DNA of 64,000 nt, from the IMG/VR virus record IMGVR_UViG_3300021431_000100, positions 24,871 through 88,870 of that record; one strand, given 5' to 3'. A program made the position numbers and the translations under genes. Positions 1 to 9,500 of the stretch are shown in pieces. The stretch is from a virus (Duplodnaviria; Caudoviricetes). Below the pieces are notes generated by a model, which saw nothing but the letters and a program-made list of their open reading frames with translations, was not told the DNA's origin and did not search any database. Every line of letters begins with the position of its first letter. The stretch's first letter is position 1.

Positions 1-1
1 T

Positions 2-391
2 GAAAAAGACCCACGCCTAAACAAAGATAATTTACATAATTTTGCCAAGCAAAATAATGAAGGAGTAGAAGGTGGCATCTTCTATGAATTGGAAAATGGA
101 TTAATACATTTATATGTTGTGGAAACATTTTGGTTTAAAGATGTAGACCAAAAAGCAGGTAATGAAGTTAATAGAGTGGCTTATGTAGCTTCACGTTTAC
201 ACGGAGACGGTACATTAGAGCAACCACAATATGTAGAAATCAAAGACAGTACCTCTCCTTCTGACGCAAAAGTTAGTAATGTAACTATTGAAGGTATGGG
301 ATTAGTAAAATTACAAGCACGTACTTTGGATAGTGCAAGACAAGAATTAGCAACTATCTTTGACGATTATACAGACGATAAATTAGAATAA
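2..391 (+). CDS. Hypothetical protein, 5'-truncated by the window edge
   Basis: The frame of ORF 89..391 is open without stops back to position 2 (EKDPRLNKDNLHNF...), so the real start lies upstream of the window. Confidence 0.75.
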   Translation, partial: EKDPRLNKDNLHNFAKQNNEGVEGGIFYELENGLIHLYVVETFWFKDVDQKAGNEVNRVAYVASRLHGDGTLEQPQYVEIKDSTSPSDAKVSNVTIEGMGLVKLQARTLDSARQELATIFDDYTDDKLE

Positions 392-404
392 AGGAATTTA
401 TATT

Positions 405-1097
405 ATGGCTATTTATTGTTTACACGACGATATTTTAAAATTACGAAACAAGCAAATTAACAAGGACGATATATTAACTTTTGACGACGGACATTATTCT
501 GTATATAAATATAGAGAGCTTTTGGATTCTGTAGATTGCAAAAAAATATTGTTTATAACACCTTCTTATATTTCTTTGGATAAACGTACAGAAGAACCTG
601 ATTTGTCTGTATATTATCAGTGGTATTATAGAATGGAAGGTAAATCTCCTTGGCTTAATATATATGAAGTAGAAGATTTAATCAAAAATCATAATATAGA
701 GCTTGGTATGCATTCTTATTTCCATGACATTGTATATGTCAAAGGAAAGAATGACGAGGATAGATTGTGGCGTATGTATAAAATCAGTAAAGATTTAAAT
801 ACCATGAAAACTTTAAATAAAATGTACGCCGTAAAATCAAAACTGAGTGTTGCGGGCTATGATATTTTGAATGGTCATTTGTATCAACGTAACGATGAGC
901 AATTTACTGAATTTATTAAATCTGATACATATATGTGTATGGAATGGTTTAAAAAATATTTTGGTAAAATTGATAAGTATGCTTTCCCATTTTTTGATTC
1001 TTCTCAGGAACTTTTGAACGAACTTCACCATTACGGCTTGAAAGACGAAAATCTTTTTGGCAAAAGATTAAATATTGTTAATGCTAAAGATTTGTAA
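405..1097 (+). CDS. Polysaccharide deacetylase (NodB/CE4)-like protein
   Basis: Motifs LTFDDG, ELGMHSYFH and YAFPF; RBS AAGGAA upstream. Confidence 0.65.
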   Translation: MAIYCLHDDILKLRNKQINKDDILTFDDGHYSVYKYRELLDSVDCKKILFITPSYISLDKRTEEPDLSVYYQWYYRMEGKSPWLNIYEVEDLIKNHNIELGMHSYFHDIVYVKGKNDEDRLWRMYKISKDLNTMKTLNKMYAVKSKLSVAGYDILNGHLYQRNDEQFTEFIKSDTYMCMEWFKKYFGKIDKYAFPFFDSSQELLNELHHYGLKDENLFGKRLNIVNAKDL

Positions 1098-1120
1098 TCC
1101 TGTTGACAATATGATATAAT
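1092..1120 (+). promoter_or_regulatory. Sigma-A-like promoter
   Basis: TTGTAA-N17-TATAAT with TG extended -10. Confidence 0.45.
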
Positions 1121-1129
1121 ATTGTTGAG

Positions 1130-1378
1130 GTGATAAATATGTGGTTAACTGCTCCATACGTAATTTCTTTGGAACAATTGACTAGCAACAATGTTGCTGT
1201 TCAGAAGTTTAATGAGATTACCAAGAAACTGTTAAATGAAGAAGAAAATAATTATATAGTTGTTGAAGTAAATGAATATAAAGATGATATAGTCGAAGTA
1301 TTAAAGGCAATGGGTTATACTGTAGAAATTAACGGAAGCACATTGACTATTAGTGGTTGGACTATTGAAGAAGGTTGA
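1130..1378 (+). CDS. Hypothetical protein
   Basis: 82-aa ORF with RBS GAGG. Confidence 0.7.
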   Translation: MINMWLTAPYVISLEQLTSNNVAVQKFNEITKKLLNEEENNYIVVEVNEYKDDIVEVLKAMGYTVEINGSTLTISGWTIEEG

Positions 1379-1382
1379 TTTT

Positions 1383-1601
1383 ATGAAAACTGCACGAAAG
1401 AAAAAACGGTTAATACCATATCCATATAGCTATTCTCGTTATCCATATTTGTATGGATATGGGTTTTATCCTATGACACATGTTGATTACGATTTGGATA
1501 ATCCAAATTCTAATGATAATACAAATACAGATATTTCCTATAGCGATTGCGATTTCGGTGGCGACTTTGGTGGTTGCTGTGATTGCGGTGGCGGGGAATA
1601 A
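1383..1601 (+). CDS. Small Tyr/Pro-rich, Gly/Cys-tailed hypothetical protein
   Basis: ATG at 1383 after GAAGG RBS; MKTARKKKRLIPYPY...GGCCDCGGGE. Confidence 0.6.
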   Translation: MKTARKKKRLIPYPYSYSRYPYLYGYGFYPMTHVDYDLDNPNSNDNTNTDISYSDCDFGGDFGGCCDCGGGE

Positions 1602-1608
1602 AATAGAT

Positions 1609-1748
1609 AGAGGTATAACATGTGTATATCTCTGAGTTCGATTAAACGGCTTTGCCACAAAGTGGTTTAATCTATGAACAAAAGTGCTTGTCACAGGTAG
1701 GCGTTCTGAACCAACAGGTGGCTAGGGAAACCAAAAAGAAATGAACGC
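1609..1748 (+). ncRNA. Candidate structured RNA (three stems) ahead of a terminator
   Basis: Stems 1609-1617/1625-1633, 1640-1647/1665-1672 and 1701-1706/1743-1748 in a non-coding gap; family not recognised. Confidence 0.3.
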
Positions 1749-1753
1749 AAAAT

Positions 1754-1783
1754 AAAAAGCCCGAATTTATCGGGCTTTTTTTT
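1754..1783 (+). terminator. Intrinsic terminator
   Basis: AAAAAGCCCGA-atttA-TCGGGCTTTTT hairpin with T-run. Confidence 0.85.
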
Positions 1784-1802
1784 GTTTTGGATATAAATTG
1801 AA

Positions 1803-1832
1803 TTGACAAAAAATCCGTAAAATCACTATGAT
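1803..1832 (+). promoter_or_regulatory. Sigma-A-like promoter of the IntC-dnaE gene
   Basis: TTGACA-N18-TATGAT; RBS AAGGAGG before GTG at 1864. Confidence 0.6.
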
Positions 1833-1863
1833 AATACTACATTTAAGAAAAGGAGGTTTAAAT

Positions 1864-1977
1864 GTGAAATTTCGACAAATTACAGATACGAATGTTTATC
1901 ACTATCAAGGAAAAGTTTTTGACTTAACGGTTGATAGAGCACATTCATATAATGTAAATGATTTTGTGGTTCATAAT
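1864..1977 (+). other. C-terminal half of a naturally split intein (IntC, 38 aa)
   Basis: MKFRQITDTNVYHYQGKVFDLTVDRAHSYNVNDFVVHN followed by Ser: block F (VFDLTV..H.Y) and block G (VVHN|S); has its own start codon and RBS. Confidence 0.9.
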
Positions 1978-2538
1978 AGTGGTGCAGGTTCTTTGGTAAA
2001 TTATGCACTTGGGATTACTCAGGTTAATCCTATGGACTATGATTTGATTTTTGAACGTTTCCTTAATCCAGACAGGGGACACTTGCCCGACATCGACTCA
2101 GATTTTGGTCCTACTAGAGGTTCAGAAGTGTTTGAACATCTTAATGAACTTTATGGCAAAGAAAATTGTTGTAATATTATAACATTCTCAAATCTTCAAG
2201 CAAGAGCGATTATTAAAGACGTATGCCGTTGTTTCGAAGTGCCATTGAATGAAGTAAACGCTGCTACAAAAGTTGTTCCGAAAGATATACATTCTTTTGA
2301 CGAACTTTTGGAGATTGCAGAATTAAAAGAATTTTTTGATAAACATAAGGGAGTTTATCAACATTGTGCTAAATTATATGGTGCACCTAGACATCATTCT
2401 CAACATCCTGCGGGAATTTGTGTATTACCGTTCCCTGTAACGGATATACTTCCTGTAGAAAATGCTACACCAACCATTCATAATATGGTTGGGTTAATGT
2501 CTCAGTATGAGAAGGAAAATGTTGAATTGGTTGGGGGT
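1864..2538 (+). CDS. dnaE: DNA polymerase III alpha subunit, C-terminal split fragment, exon 1 (IntC fused)
   Basis: SGAGSLVNYALGIT, LIFERFLNPDR, PDIDSDF catalytic motif and HPAG; reading frame broken at EL-V-G-G by an intron. Confidence 0.93.
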
Positions 2539-4597
2539 AGAGTAGTAGCTTAATGCCCCTGCAAAGTGTGGAAATTGCTGGAAAGTCCTAAAGTTTATTA
2601 TGCTACAACGTATTCTTAAACAGAACAGCGTGAACGCTTGAAAAATAATAAAATGAGCCGTCATGCTCGTAACGGAAACCACATGACGACGATGAAATGG
2701 ATAATCAGCAGCTAAAACCTCGTCAATGATTTTATTGAAGGGGGATGCTCAACGAGTAAGTAGGGAATACACCCTCGCTCACACTAGCTTAAATGTATTA
2801 AACACTTGGCGTTAAAGTGGCATTTAAGTGAAAGATATGCTCTAATCTTTATAGAAACACAAAGAAAAGGTGGAATGTATGTTATCCACCTAAATTATAA
2901 AATACTTGTTAAAATGCTATATTGTTTTGTTTTAAAATATTTTTTAAATTTTCAGTTGAAAGATTTTCTTTGTAAGAAATGCGGATGAGTGTTATATCAT
3001 GTTCTTTACATAATTTTTCTTTAATTATGTCGTTTTGATGATGTAAATCAAAATCAAACGTAGATATTTTGTTTTTCATTTTGATTTCGTGAAATGGTCC
3101 ATCATATTCAATGGCAAGATTTAAAACGGAGAAATATCCGTCAAGAGATAATTGGTCTTTGTTTTTTAACCAATCAAATTGTTTTTCAAATTCAGGTTCT
3201 TGATTTAAAATTTCTGCTATTTTTAATATACAATAAGTTCCTGTTTGAGACATTTGTGAGGAAAGATTGTTCAATATGTTTAATTCTTGATATACATTGT
3301 TTAAAGAATGGTCAAAATATTTAAGTATGGTTGGCAAACTGTATTTGGATTCATTAATAATAATGTTTTCACTAAGTACCCCATATTTTTTAACAATGGA
3401 ACTTAAATCTGTGAGAATATCATTTTTAGTAATTTTTTTGTGCATATTAGGTTGTAGACCCATTTCTTTTAACAATCCATTAAAACTACCAAAAAATCTA
3501 TCAACCGCACTTTGGGGTATGTTGGCTTCTTTAGACCGTTGGATTTTTGTGTTAAATTTGCCATATTTATGATAAAGCTCAAAAGAACGTTTTAGGATTG
3601 ATTCTTTAGTGAATTCGTTTTGATATGGTTTAATACCATATAATTTTACAAATTTTGCGAAAGAACCATAATGCTTTTTCATTTGAAATTGAGTAAGTTT
3701 TTTATCTGAGTGTGATAAAAAATATTGTAAAGTAAACTTATCTGTTGAATTATCGGATTGAAATAAAGTATATATTCTTTGTAGTTCAGATTTAAATAAT
3801 TGTTTAATTTCAATATTTTGTTGTTTTTCAAGAGGTTGTTCCCCGTTTATACCAATCATTTGTTTAATTTGGGTTAATTTCCCAACAGTTTTTTGAATAT
3901 GATATTGGCTACAATTTGCAACTTTTATTAATTCGTCCATTCGCAAATTACCATTAGTGTTAAAAAGATTTTTTGCAATTTGCAAAATGTCTTTTTTTGT
4001 TGGTTTGTTGAGCTTGGGACGGGTTGCTAGAGCGTCACATTTTACTTTATAAATATCATTCCAACAAGAAAGAGATTTTTTGAAATTTGTAAAAGTTCCA
4101 AATAATTCATAAAAATATTCTTTGTTGTAGTTATTCTTTGTTAAAAAGTCTTTTGCAGAAAAATCAATATGTGTTTGTTCCCAATATTCTTCTCCTTTTA
4201 GAATAGCTTCTTCTTTTGTAAAAGTATAGTTCCCTTTACGGTTAGCTAAATGAGCCATGCTAATTTTGTTTTTGGTTTTTTCTGAATGTGAGCGGTCAGT
4301 TTTGACAGGAGTAAATTTAAAAGTTTTTACGGTAAAATGGTTTGAGTTTTGTTGATTGTATTTTCTAACAAGAGTGAGAAACCCTTCTGTACTTGTAAGT
4401 TCTTTTGACGTATACTTACCTTTTTGAATGTATAAAGTTTTATTAATTGTTCCATATTGATTATAAATTTTATAAAAATCATCAAACAATTCTTGTTCAG
4501 AAAAAGTAGTAATTTTTTTCATATTTTGTTAACAACTCCTTAACAGTTATTATATAATATAATATATAACAAAACAAGTATTTTATAATTTTTTAAG
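2539..4597 (+). mobile_element. Group I intron (IA-like, with P7.1) in dnaE
   Basis: Exon ends in U; P1 GGGGU/GCCCC with U.G pair; P AATTGCTGGAAA 2573, Q AATCAGCAGC 2703, R TCAACGAGTA 2749, S AAGATATGCTCT 2832 with covarying P7; P8 CTTAAATG/CATTTAAG; terminal G at 4597; P10 AGCTTAAT pairs with exon 2 GTTAAGTT; splicing restores VGG-VKLDILKL. Confidence 0.92.
2909..4522 (-). CDS. Intron-encoded homing endonuclease, antisense to the intron (NUMOD3-like motif, repeated helical units, C-terminal Vsr/DUF559-like PD-(D/E)xK nuclease)
   Basis: HSEKTKNKIS motif; repeats of type TKE.IL...FG(S/T)F; C-terminal LDGYF...LAIEYDGPFH...KEKLCKEHDITLIRI; AGGAG RBS. Confidence 0.8.
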   Translation of the reverse strand: MKKITTFSEQELFDDFYKIYNQYGTINKTLYIQKGKYTSKELTSTEGFLTLVRKYNQQNSNHFTVKTFKFTPVKTDRSHSEKTKNKISMAHLANRKGNYTFTKEEAILKGEEYWEQTHIDFSAKDFLTKNNYNKEYFYELFGTFTNFKKSLSCWNDIYKVKCDALATRPKLNKPTKKDILQIAKNLFNTNGNLRMDELIKVANCSQYHIQKTVGKLTQIKQMIGINGEQPLEKQQNIEIKQLFKSELQRIYTLFQSDNSTDKFTLQYFLSHSDKKLTQFQMKKHYGSFAKFVKLYGIKPYQNEFTKESILKRSFELYHKYGKFNTKIQRSKEANIPQSAVDRFFGSFNGLLKEMGLQPNMHKKITKNDILTDLSSIVKKYGVLSENIIINESKYSLPTILKYFDHSLNNVYQELNILNNLSSQMSQTGTYCILKIAEILNQEPEFEKQFDWLKNKDQLSLDGYFSVLNLAIEYDGPFHEIKMKNKISTFDFDLHHQNDIIKEKLCKEHDITLIRISYKENLSTENLKNILKQNNIAF

Positions 4598-6352
4598 GTT
4601 AAGTTAGATATTCTTAAACTCTCAAATATGGAGTCGTTATACGACCAAATTGATTTATTAAAAAAAGAATATGATATAGATATGAAACTCGCAGACATTC
4701 CTCTTGACGACGAAAAGACTTGGGATTTGATTTGTTCTTGTGATACCACAGGCGTTTTTCAGATGGAAGGTGCTATAGGTAAAAATATCATTAAGCAAAT
4801 TCAACCTCATAACATAGAAGAATTGTCAGCGGTTAATGCGTTTGTGCGACCTGGTACTTCTGGTCTTGAAAACTATTGTGCTGCTAAAGAAGACCACTCT
4901 TTAATTCCGAAATATGACCCAAAAATTGATAAATGGTTAGCACCTACTTATGGAGCAATCGTTTATCAGGAGGAGATTCTTGGTATGATTTCCGAAATGA
5001 TGGGCGTGTCATTTGGTCGTGCAGATATTTATCGTCGTGCGTTAGAGAAGCCAAACAAGAAAGGTAACAAAGAGTTATTTGAAGATTTCTTAAACAATGG
5101 TGTATCTAATGCTGTTAAAAATGGTATTGATGAAGAAGGAGCAAAACGCATCCAAAAAGCAATAATTGATAATGCAGGTTATCTCTTTAATAAGAGCCAT
5201 TCGATTGCCTACTCCATAATAAGTTATTGGTGTGCTTGGGTTAAAGCCAATTATCCATTAATTTTTTATCTTTCTTTGTTTAATACTGAGCCTGTATCAA
5301 AATTACAGGATTGTATGCAAGAAGCTATTAAGCATGGAATTAAAATTGAGCCACCTGATATATCTAAATCCAAATTTGAATCCACTATTGAGGATAAAGA
5401 GAATATGGTTATTCGTATGGGTTTGAATTGTGTAAAGGGTATAGGTGACAAAGCTGTTGAGGAATTAACACCACAGCAACCATTTAGCGATTTCGCTGAT
5501 TACTTTGAACGTGCAGGTAAGGGTTCGGGTAAGGGTGTTGTAGAAGCAGGAATTAAAATTGGTGCATTTGAAAGTATGCCGATTAAAATTCATAAGCAGT
5601 TAATTCCCGATAATTGTCCGTTGAATATAAAAGACAACGGTGAAGAAGTTCAAGTATATTTAAATAGAGAGCAACAATTGATTTGGTACAATTCTTATCT
5701 TGATAATAAGAAGAATAAAGCTGTACCGAATTATGCAATCCCTTACGATTTGATTAAGGGCGAATATTTTGATAACTTTGATAGTGACGAATTAATTCAA
5801 GAAAAGGACGGGACTTTAATTATTCCCGAAACCATGCTTGATAAGTTTGGGTTCAATGAAACGCAAGCAGAACAATATAAAACTCGTAAAAAACCAAAGG
5901 GCGTTTTAAAAACTGCAGTAGAAGAATTTAAAATGACCCCTATAGAAAAGGGATTTAAGAGTGCTTACGAAGATATTGTTGCTTGTAAAGAAAGCAAATT
6001 ACAACAGTATTTGCAGAATATGGAAGATTTTGAATTGTCGTTTATTCCACACCCTCTTGAAGCACAAAACAAAATGATTGTTTTAATTAGCGAAGCTAAA
6101 GACGGTGCAACGGTAAAATCAGCAGGAATTATTGTTGATATAATTACCCGACAAACCAAAACGGGCAAGCCTTTTTATAATGTAATTTTGCAAACTCCTA
6201 GAGAGAAACAAAGACTTACTGTATGGAGTAATGTTTTTAATAATTATAGAGATATTATGACAGTAAATCATATTATAAAAATTACAGGTAAGATAGGTTT
6301 TGGTGGTATTACCGTAGACGGAATTTGGGACGCTAAAGCTAATTATAATTAA
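4598..6352 (+). CDS. dnaE: DNA polymerase III alpha subunit, exon 2
   Basis: VKLDIL, TTGVFQME, VRPG, VYQEE, GYLFNKSHS, PPDISKS and GLNCVKGIG motifs plus C-terminal OB fold; in frame 30 nt upstream of ATG 4628. Confidence 0.93.
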   Translation, partial: VKLDILKLSNMESLYDQIDLLKKEYDIDMKLADIPLDDEKTWDLICSCDTTGVFQMEGAIGKNIIKQIQPHNIEELSAVNAFVRPGTSGLENYCAAKEDHSLIPKYDPKIDKWLAPTYGAIVYQEEILGMISEMMGVSFGRADIYRRALEKPNKKGNKELFEDFLNNGVSNAVKNGIDEEGAKRIQKAIIDNAGYLFNKSHSIAYSIISYWCAWVKANYPLIFYLSLFNTEPVSKLQDCMQEAIKHGIKIEPPDISKSKFESTIEDKENMVIRMGLNCVKGIGDKAVEELTPQQPFSDFADYFERAGKGSGKGVVEAGIKIGAFESMPIKIHKQLIPDNCPLNIKDNGEEVQVYLNREQQLIWYNSYLDNKKNKAVPNYAIPYDLIKGEYFDNFDSDELIQEKDGTLIIPETMLDKFGFNETQAEQYKTRKKPKGVLKTAVEEFKMTPIEKGFKSAYEDIVACKESKLQQYLQNMEDFELSFIPHPLEAQNKMIVLISEAKDGATVKSAGIIVDIITRQTKTGKPFYNVILQTPREKQRLTVWSNVFNNYRDIMTVNHIIKITGKIGFGGITVDGIWDAKANYN

Positions 6353-6357
6353 TAAAA

Positions 6358-6403
6358 AAAAAGAGCAATTAGATTACAAAAATGTAGTTTAATTGCTCTT
6401 TTT
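6358..6403 (+). terminator. Intrinsic terminator
   Basis: AAAGAGCAATTA / TAATTGCTCTTT stem with T-run. Confidence 0.75.
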
Positions 6404-6530
6404 ATTTTTGGGAGTATTAATAATTATACGCTTCATAACACAAATACAAACCATATAAATCAATATTTTGTTTATAGATGAAATTATGCAATAGTTTCTC
6501 AGATTTAAATAAAAATTGAGGTGAAGTAGA

Positions 6531-9500
6531 ATGAACAGACCTATAAAAGGCGACGGTTATCGCAGAGGTCAGTATGCACATGTTATGTTCCAAGCTAGTG
6601 CATGTGACGTTCCTGAGATGAAAGTCAAAATAAACGAAGGTTCTTTTTGGGTTAATAACCGTACCATTGTAGAATATGGTGGTGGACAGTCCCCACTTAT
6701 CGAAGCTCCAAAATCAGGTGCTAAGTGGGTACTTGTTGCTATTAATAAATTAGGTAAAGTAACTCTTTATAATGGTGTTCCAATGCCTAATAACCCTGAA
6801 CCACCTAAAGTTGATAAGAACGTTCTTCCTGTAGCGTTCGTATTTGTAAAATCTTCCTCTAGGGTTATTACCAATGATATGATTTATGATGCTCGTCCAT
6901 TATACGCTGCAGGTGGTTATCCTGAAGCTCATAATGTGCTTGCAGGTAGAGAAGCAGAAGATTGCCACCCTATTTGTGCGATTTCAGGCTTGCAAGAAGC
7001 TCTTGACGATAAAATTAGTCTTGAAGACGTTCGTGAAGAAGTTGCTCGTAAAGCTGACGTAGACGGTACAACTGCTGCTAACTTTACTCTTAATATTGAC
7101 GATAGTGGTACTCCTGTTGAATATTGTGGTATTCGTGTAAATCGTGGTAATCAGCCACAGGTTGGTTTACGCTTTAACGAAGACGAAGATATGTGGCAGT
7201 ATACCAACGACGGTACTAATTGGCACGCAATTGGTGGAGGCGTAGGTTTAACTGATTTAGCTTCTTATTATAATGCAGGTATCACTCAGTTGTCTTGCGA
7301 ACCTGAAAATGCTAGACACCCAATTGCTGTTGGTGATAATGACCCTCGTTTGAAGGAAATTGAAAAGAAAATTGGTCGTGACGAATTACGTCGTGATTAT
7401 GTTTCTAAAGATGATATAGAAAAACTACTTTCTGAAAAAGCTGATTCTGACGCAGTATTTAACAAAGAAGATGCTGAAAATATTTTCTTGACCCGTGCAG
7501 AATTCAGACAGAATGGTGGTTATACTAAGTCTCAGCTCAACGATTTCTTTGACGCAAAAGCAAATGTTTCCTCTGTATATACCCGTAAGGAAGTTGAAGA
7601 AAAGTTAGGCAATTATTATAACAAAGAAGATATTAATATTCTTCTTGAAAAGATTGACGATAAATGCCATTGCTGTTGCGGTAAAGGTTCTGCTGACGTA
7701 GACCTTTCTGATTATTATACTGCTGAACAGATTGACGAATTAATCCGTCATCTTGACGAAAAGGAATATGACATTGATGAAGTAGACGAGAAAGTTTCCA
7801 ACCTTCAGACCGCAATTTATGATTTGCGTAATATGATTGGTGAAGGTGGTAGCGGAACTCCTATTAACACTTATTCTAAGGAAGAAATTGACGAAAAAAT
7901 TTTGCAGGTTGTAACTAGCACTCAGCATAATTGCAAGCACTGCGAACAGCTTTCCGAATTAACCAACTATTACACCAAAGCAGACGTTAATTTGCTTATG
8001 TCTGATAAAGCTGACATTAATCATGGTCATACTGCAAATCAGATTTCTCAGGATTCCAACCACCGTATGGTAACTGATGACCAAATTACTGCTTGGAATA
8101 ATAAGGCTGAATCTCTTAAATATGTTGCGGAAAACGTAGAAAAGAAGGGCGTAGCTAACGGTTATGCTTCTCTTGATGAAAACGGTAAAGTTCCTGTAGA
8201 ACAACTTCCTACAATGAATGTCGGTGTAGGTAAGGGCGGTGTTCAGTTTGTTGATACTTATAATGAGTTACTTAGCATTACTGAACCTGATACTGACAAG
8301 ATTTACTTTGTAACTGACGCTAGTGATGATTCCACCGTAGACAATGGTTGGGCTGAATATGTATTTGCTAAAGACGCTTGGTTAAAGATTGCAGAAGGTG
8401 AAGCTCTTGATATGGAGCTTGACTATAACAATCTTAAAAATATCCCTGATTACTTTGCTGTAGACCCTGAAATTCTTGCAAAGTATGGTACTATCGGTAC
8501 TGCGGGCAATGTTTATACCAAGACTGAAGTAGATAACTTGCTCGAAGGTAAGTCTGACGCAAACCATAACCATGACGGTGATTATATTACTGCTGAAGGT
8601 TTAACTACTGCTTTGGCAGATTATGTTAAGACTGATAATGAAAAACTTCATTCTGCAAATCAGTTAGGTTCTTTCTCTGTTAGCGAAGCTAATATGGAAG
8701 ACGGTGCAGTTCTTACCTACAATGCAGAAAAAGACGCTCTTGAATATAAGAAGATTACTGTTACTTCCGAAAATGACGGCAGTGATAAGTACGACGTTGG
8801 TAATTATCGTATCACTGAACCTGAAACTCTTGAAGACGGTATGGCTATCGTATATGAAACTGACGACCTTGGTAAAGGACGTTTAACTTATAAGAAGATT
8901 ACTGCTTCTGAGACTTCTTCTGACAGCACTAAAGTTGGTACTGTTGAAGTAGACGAAACTGATAAGGCAGAAGGTAAAGTTCTTACTTATGAGAATGATA
9001 AACTCGTTTATAAGGCACTTCCTACAATTCCTGATAATCTCCCTGAGATTGACGATACTGATAAAGCAGAAGGTAAAATTCTTGCATTGCAGAACGACGG
9101 TAAGTTAGGTTATGTAGATATGCCAACAGGTTCTAGTGAAGGTGGTTCTGCTACTAATAATGGTCAGAAAACTTTTAACCTTGTAAGCCCTGACGGTCTT
9201 GTAAAAGGTCAGTTCCGTGCTGATAGCAAGAACGCTGTAACTATTGATTATAGTGGCGATACTTACACTCTAACTTTGGATAGAAGTCAGAATGTTCAAA
9301 TGATTCAATTTGTAACAAACAATATGATTGACAAAGTATTGTATATTAATACCGAATTCACTGACGGTAAGAAATGGTCTTGGCAGGACGGCAGTTACTT
9401 CGATATGCCAATTCCTTTGATTTCTTACATTCAGGTTAATGGTAATCAGCTTCAAAAAACAACTAGTGGTTCTTATGGCGTTGATGATTGCGACAAATTC

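Noticed and set aside
1681-1748. CAGGT(A)GGC near-duplication read as a mini CRISPR array, or the region read as a ZTP riboswitch, SRP or 6S RNA
   Set aside because: Units are too short and too close for repeat-spacer geometry, and the diagnostic motifs of those RNAs (GACUGGCG/GGGAGC; CAGGUCCGGAAGGAAGCAG) are missing; kept only as an unassigned structured RNA
1828-1863. ORF-track start at 1828 and C-terminus ...GGRVVA* for dnaE
   Set aside because: The RBS supports GTG 1864, and RVVA* is intron sequence after the 2538 splice site
2892-4591. 19-bp inverted repeats as IS-element terminal repeats
   Set aside because: The enclosed ORF has no transposase motifs and I saw no target duplication; the position fits an intron P9-region stem
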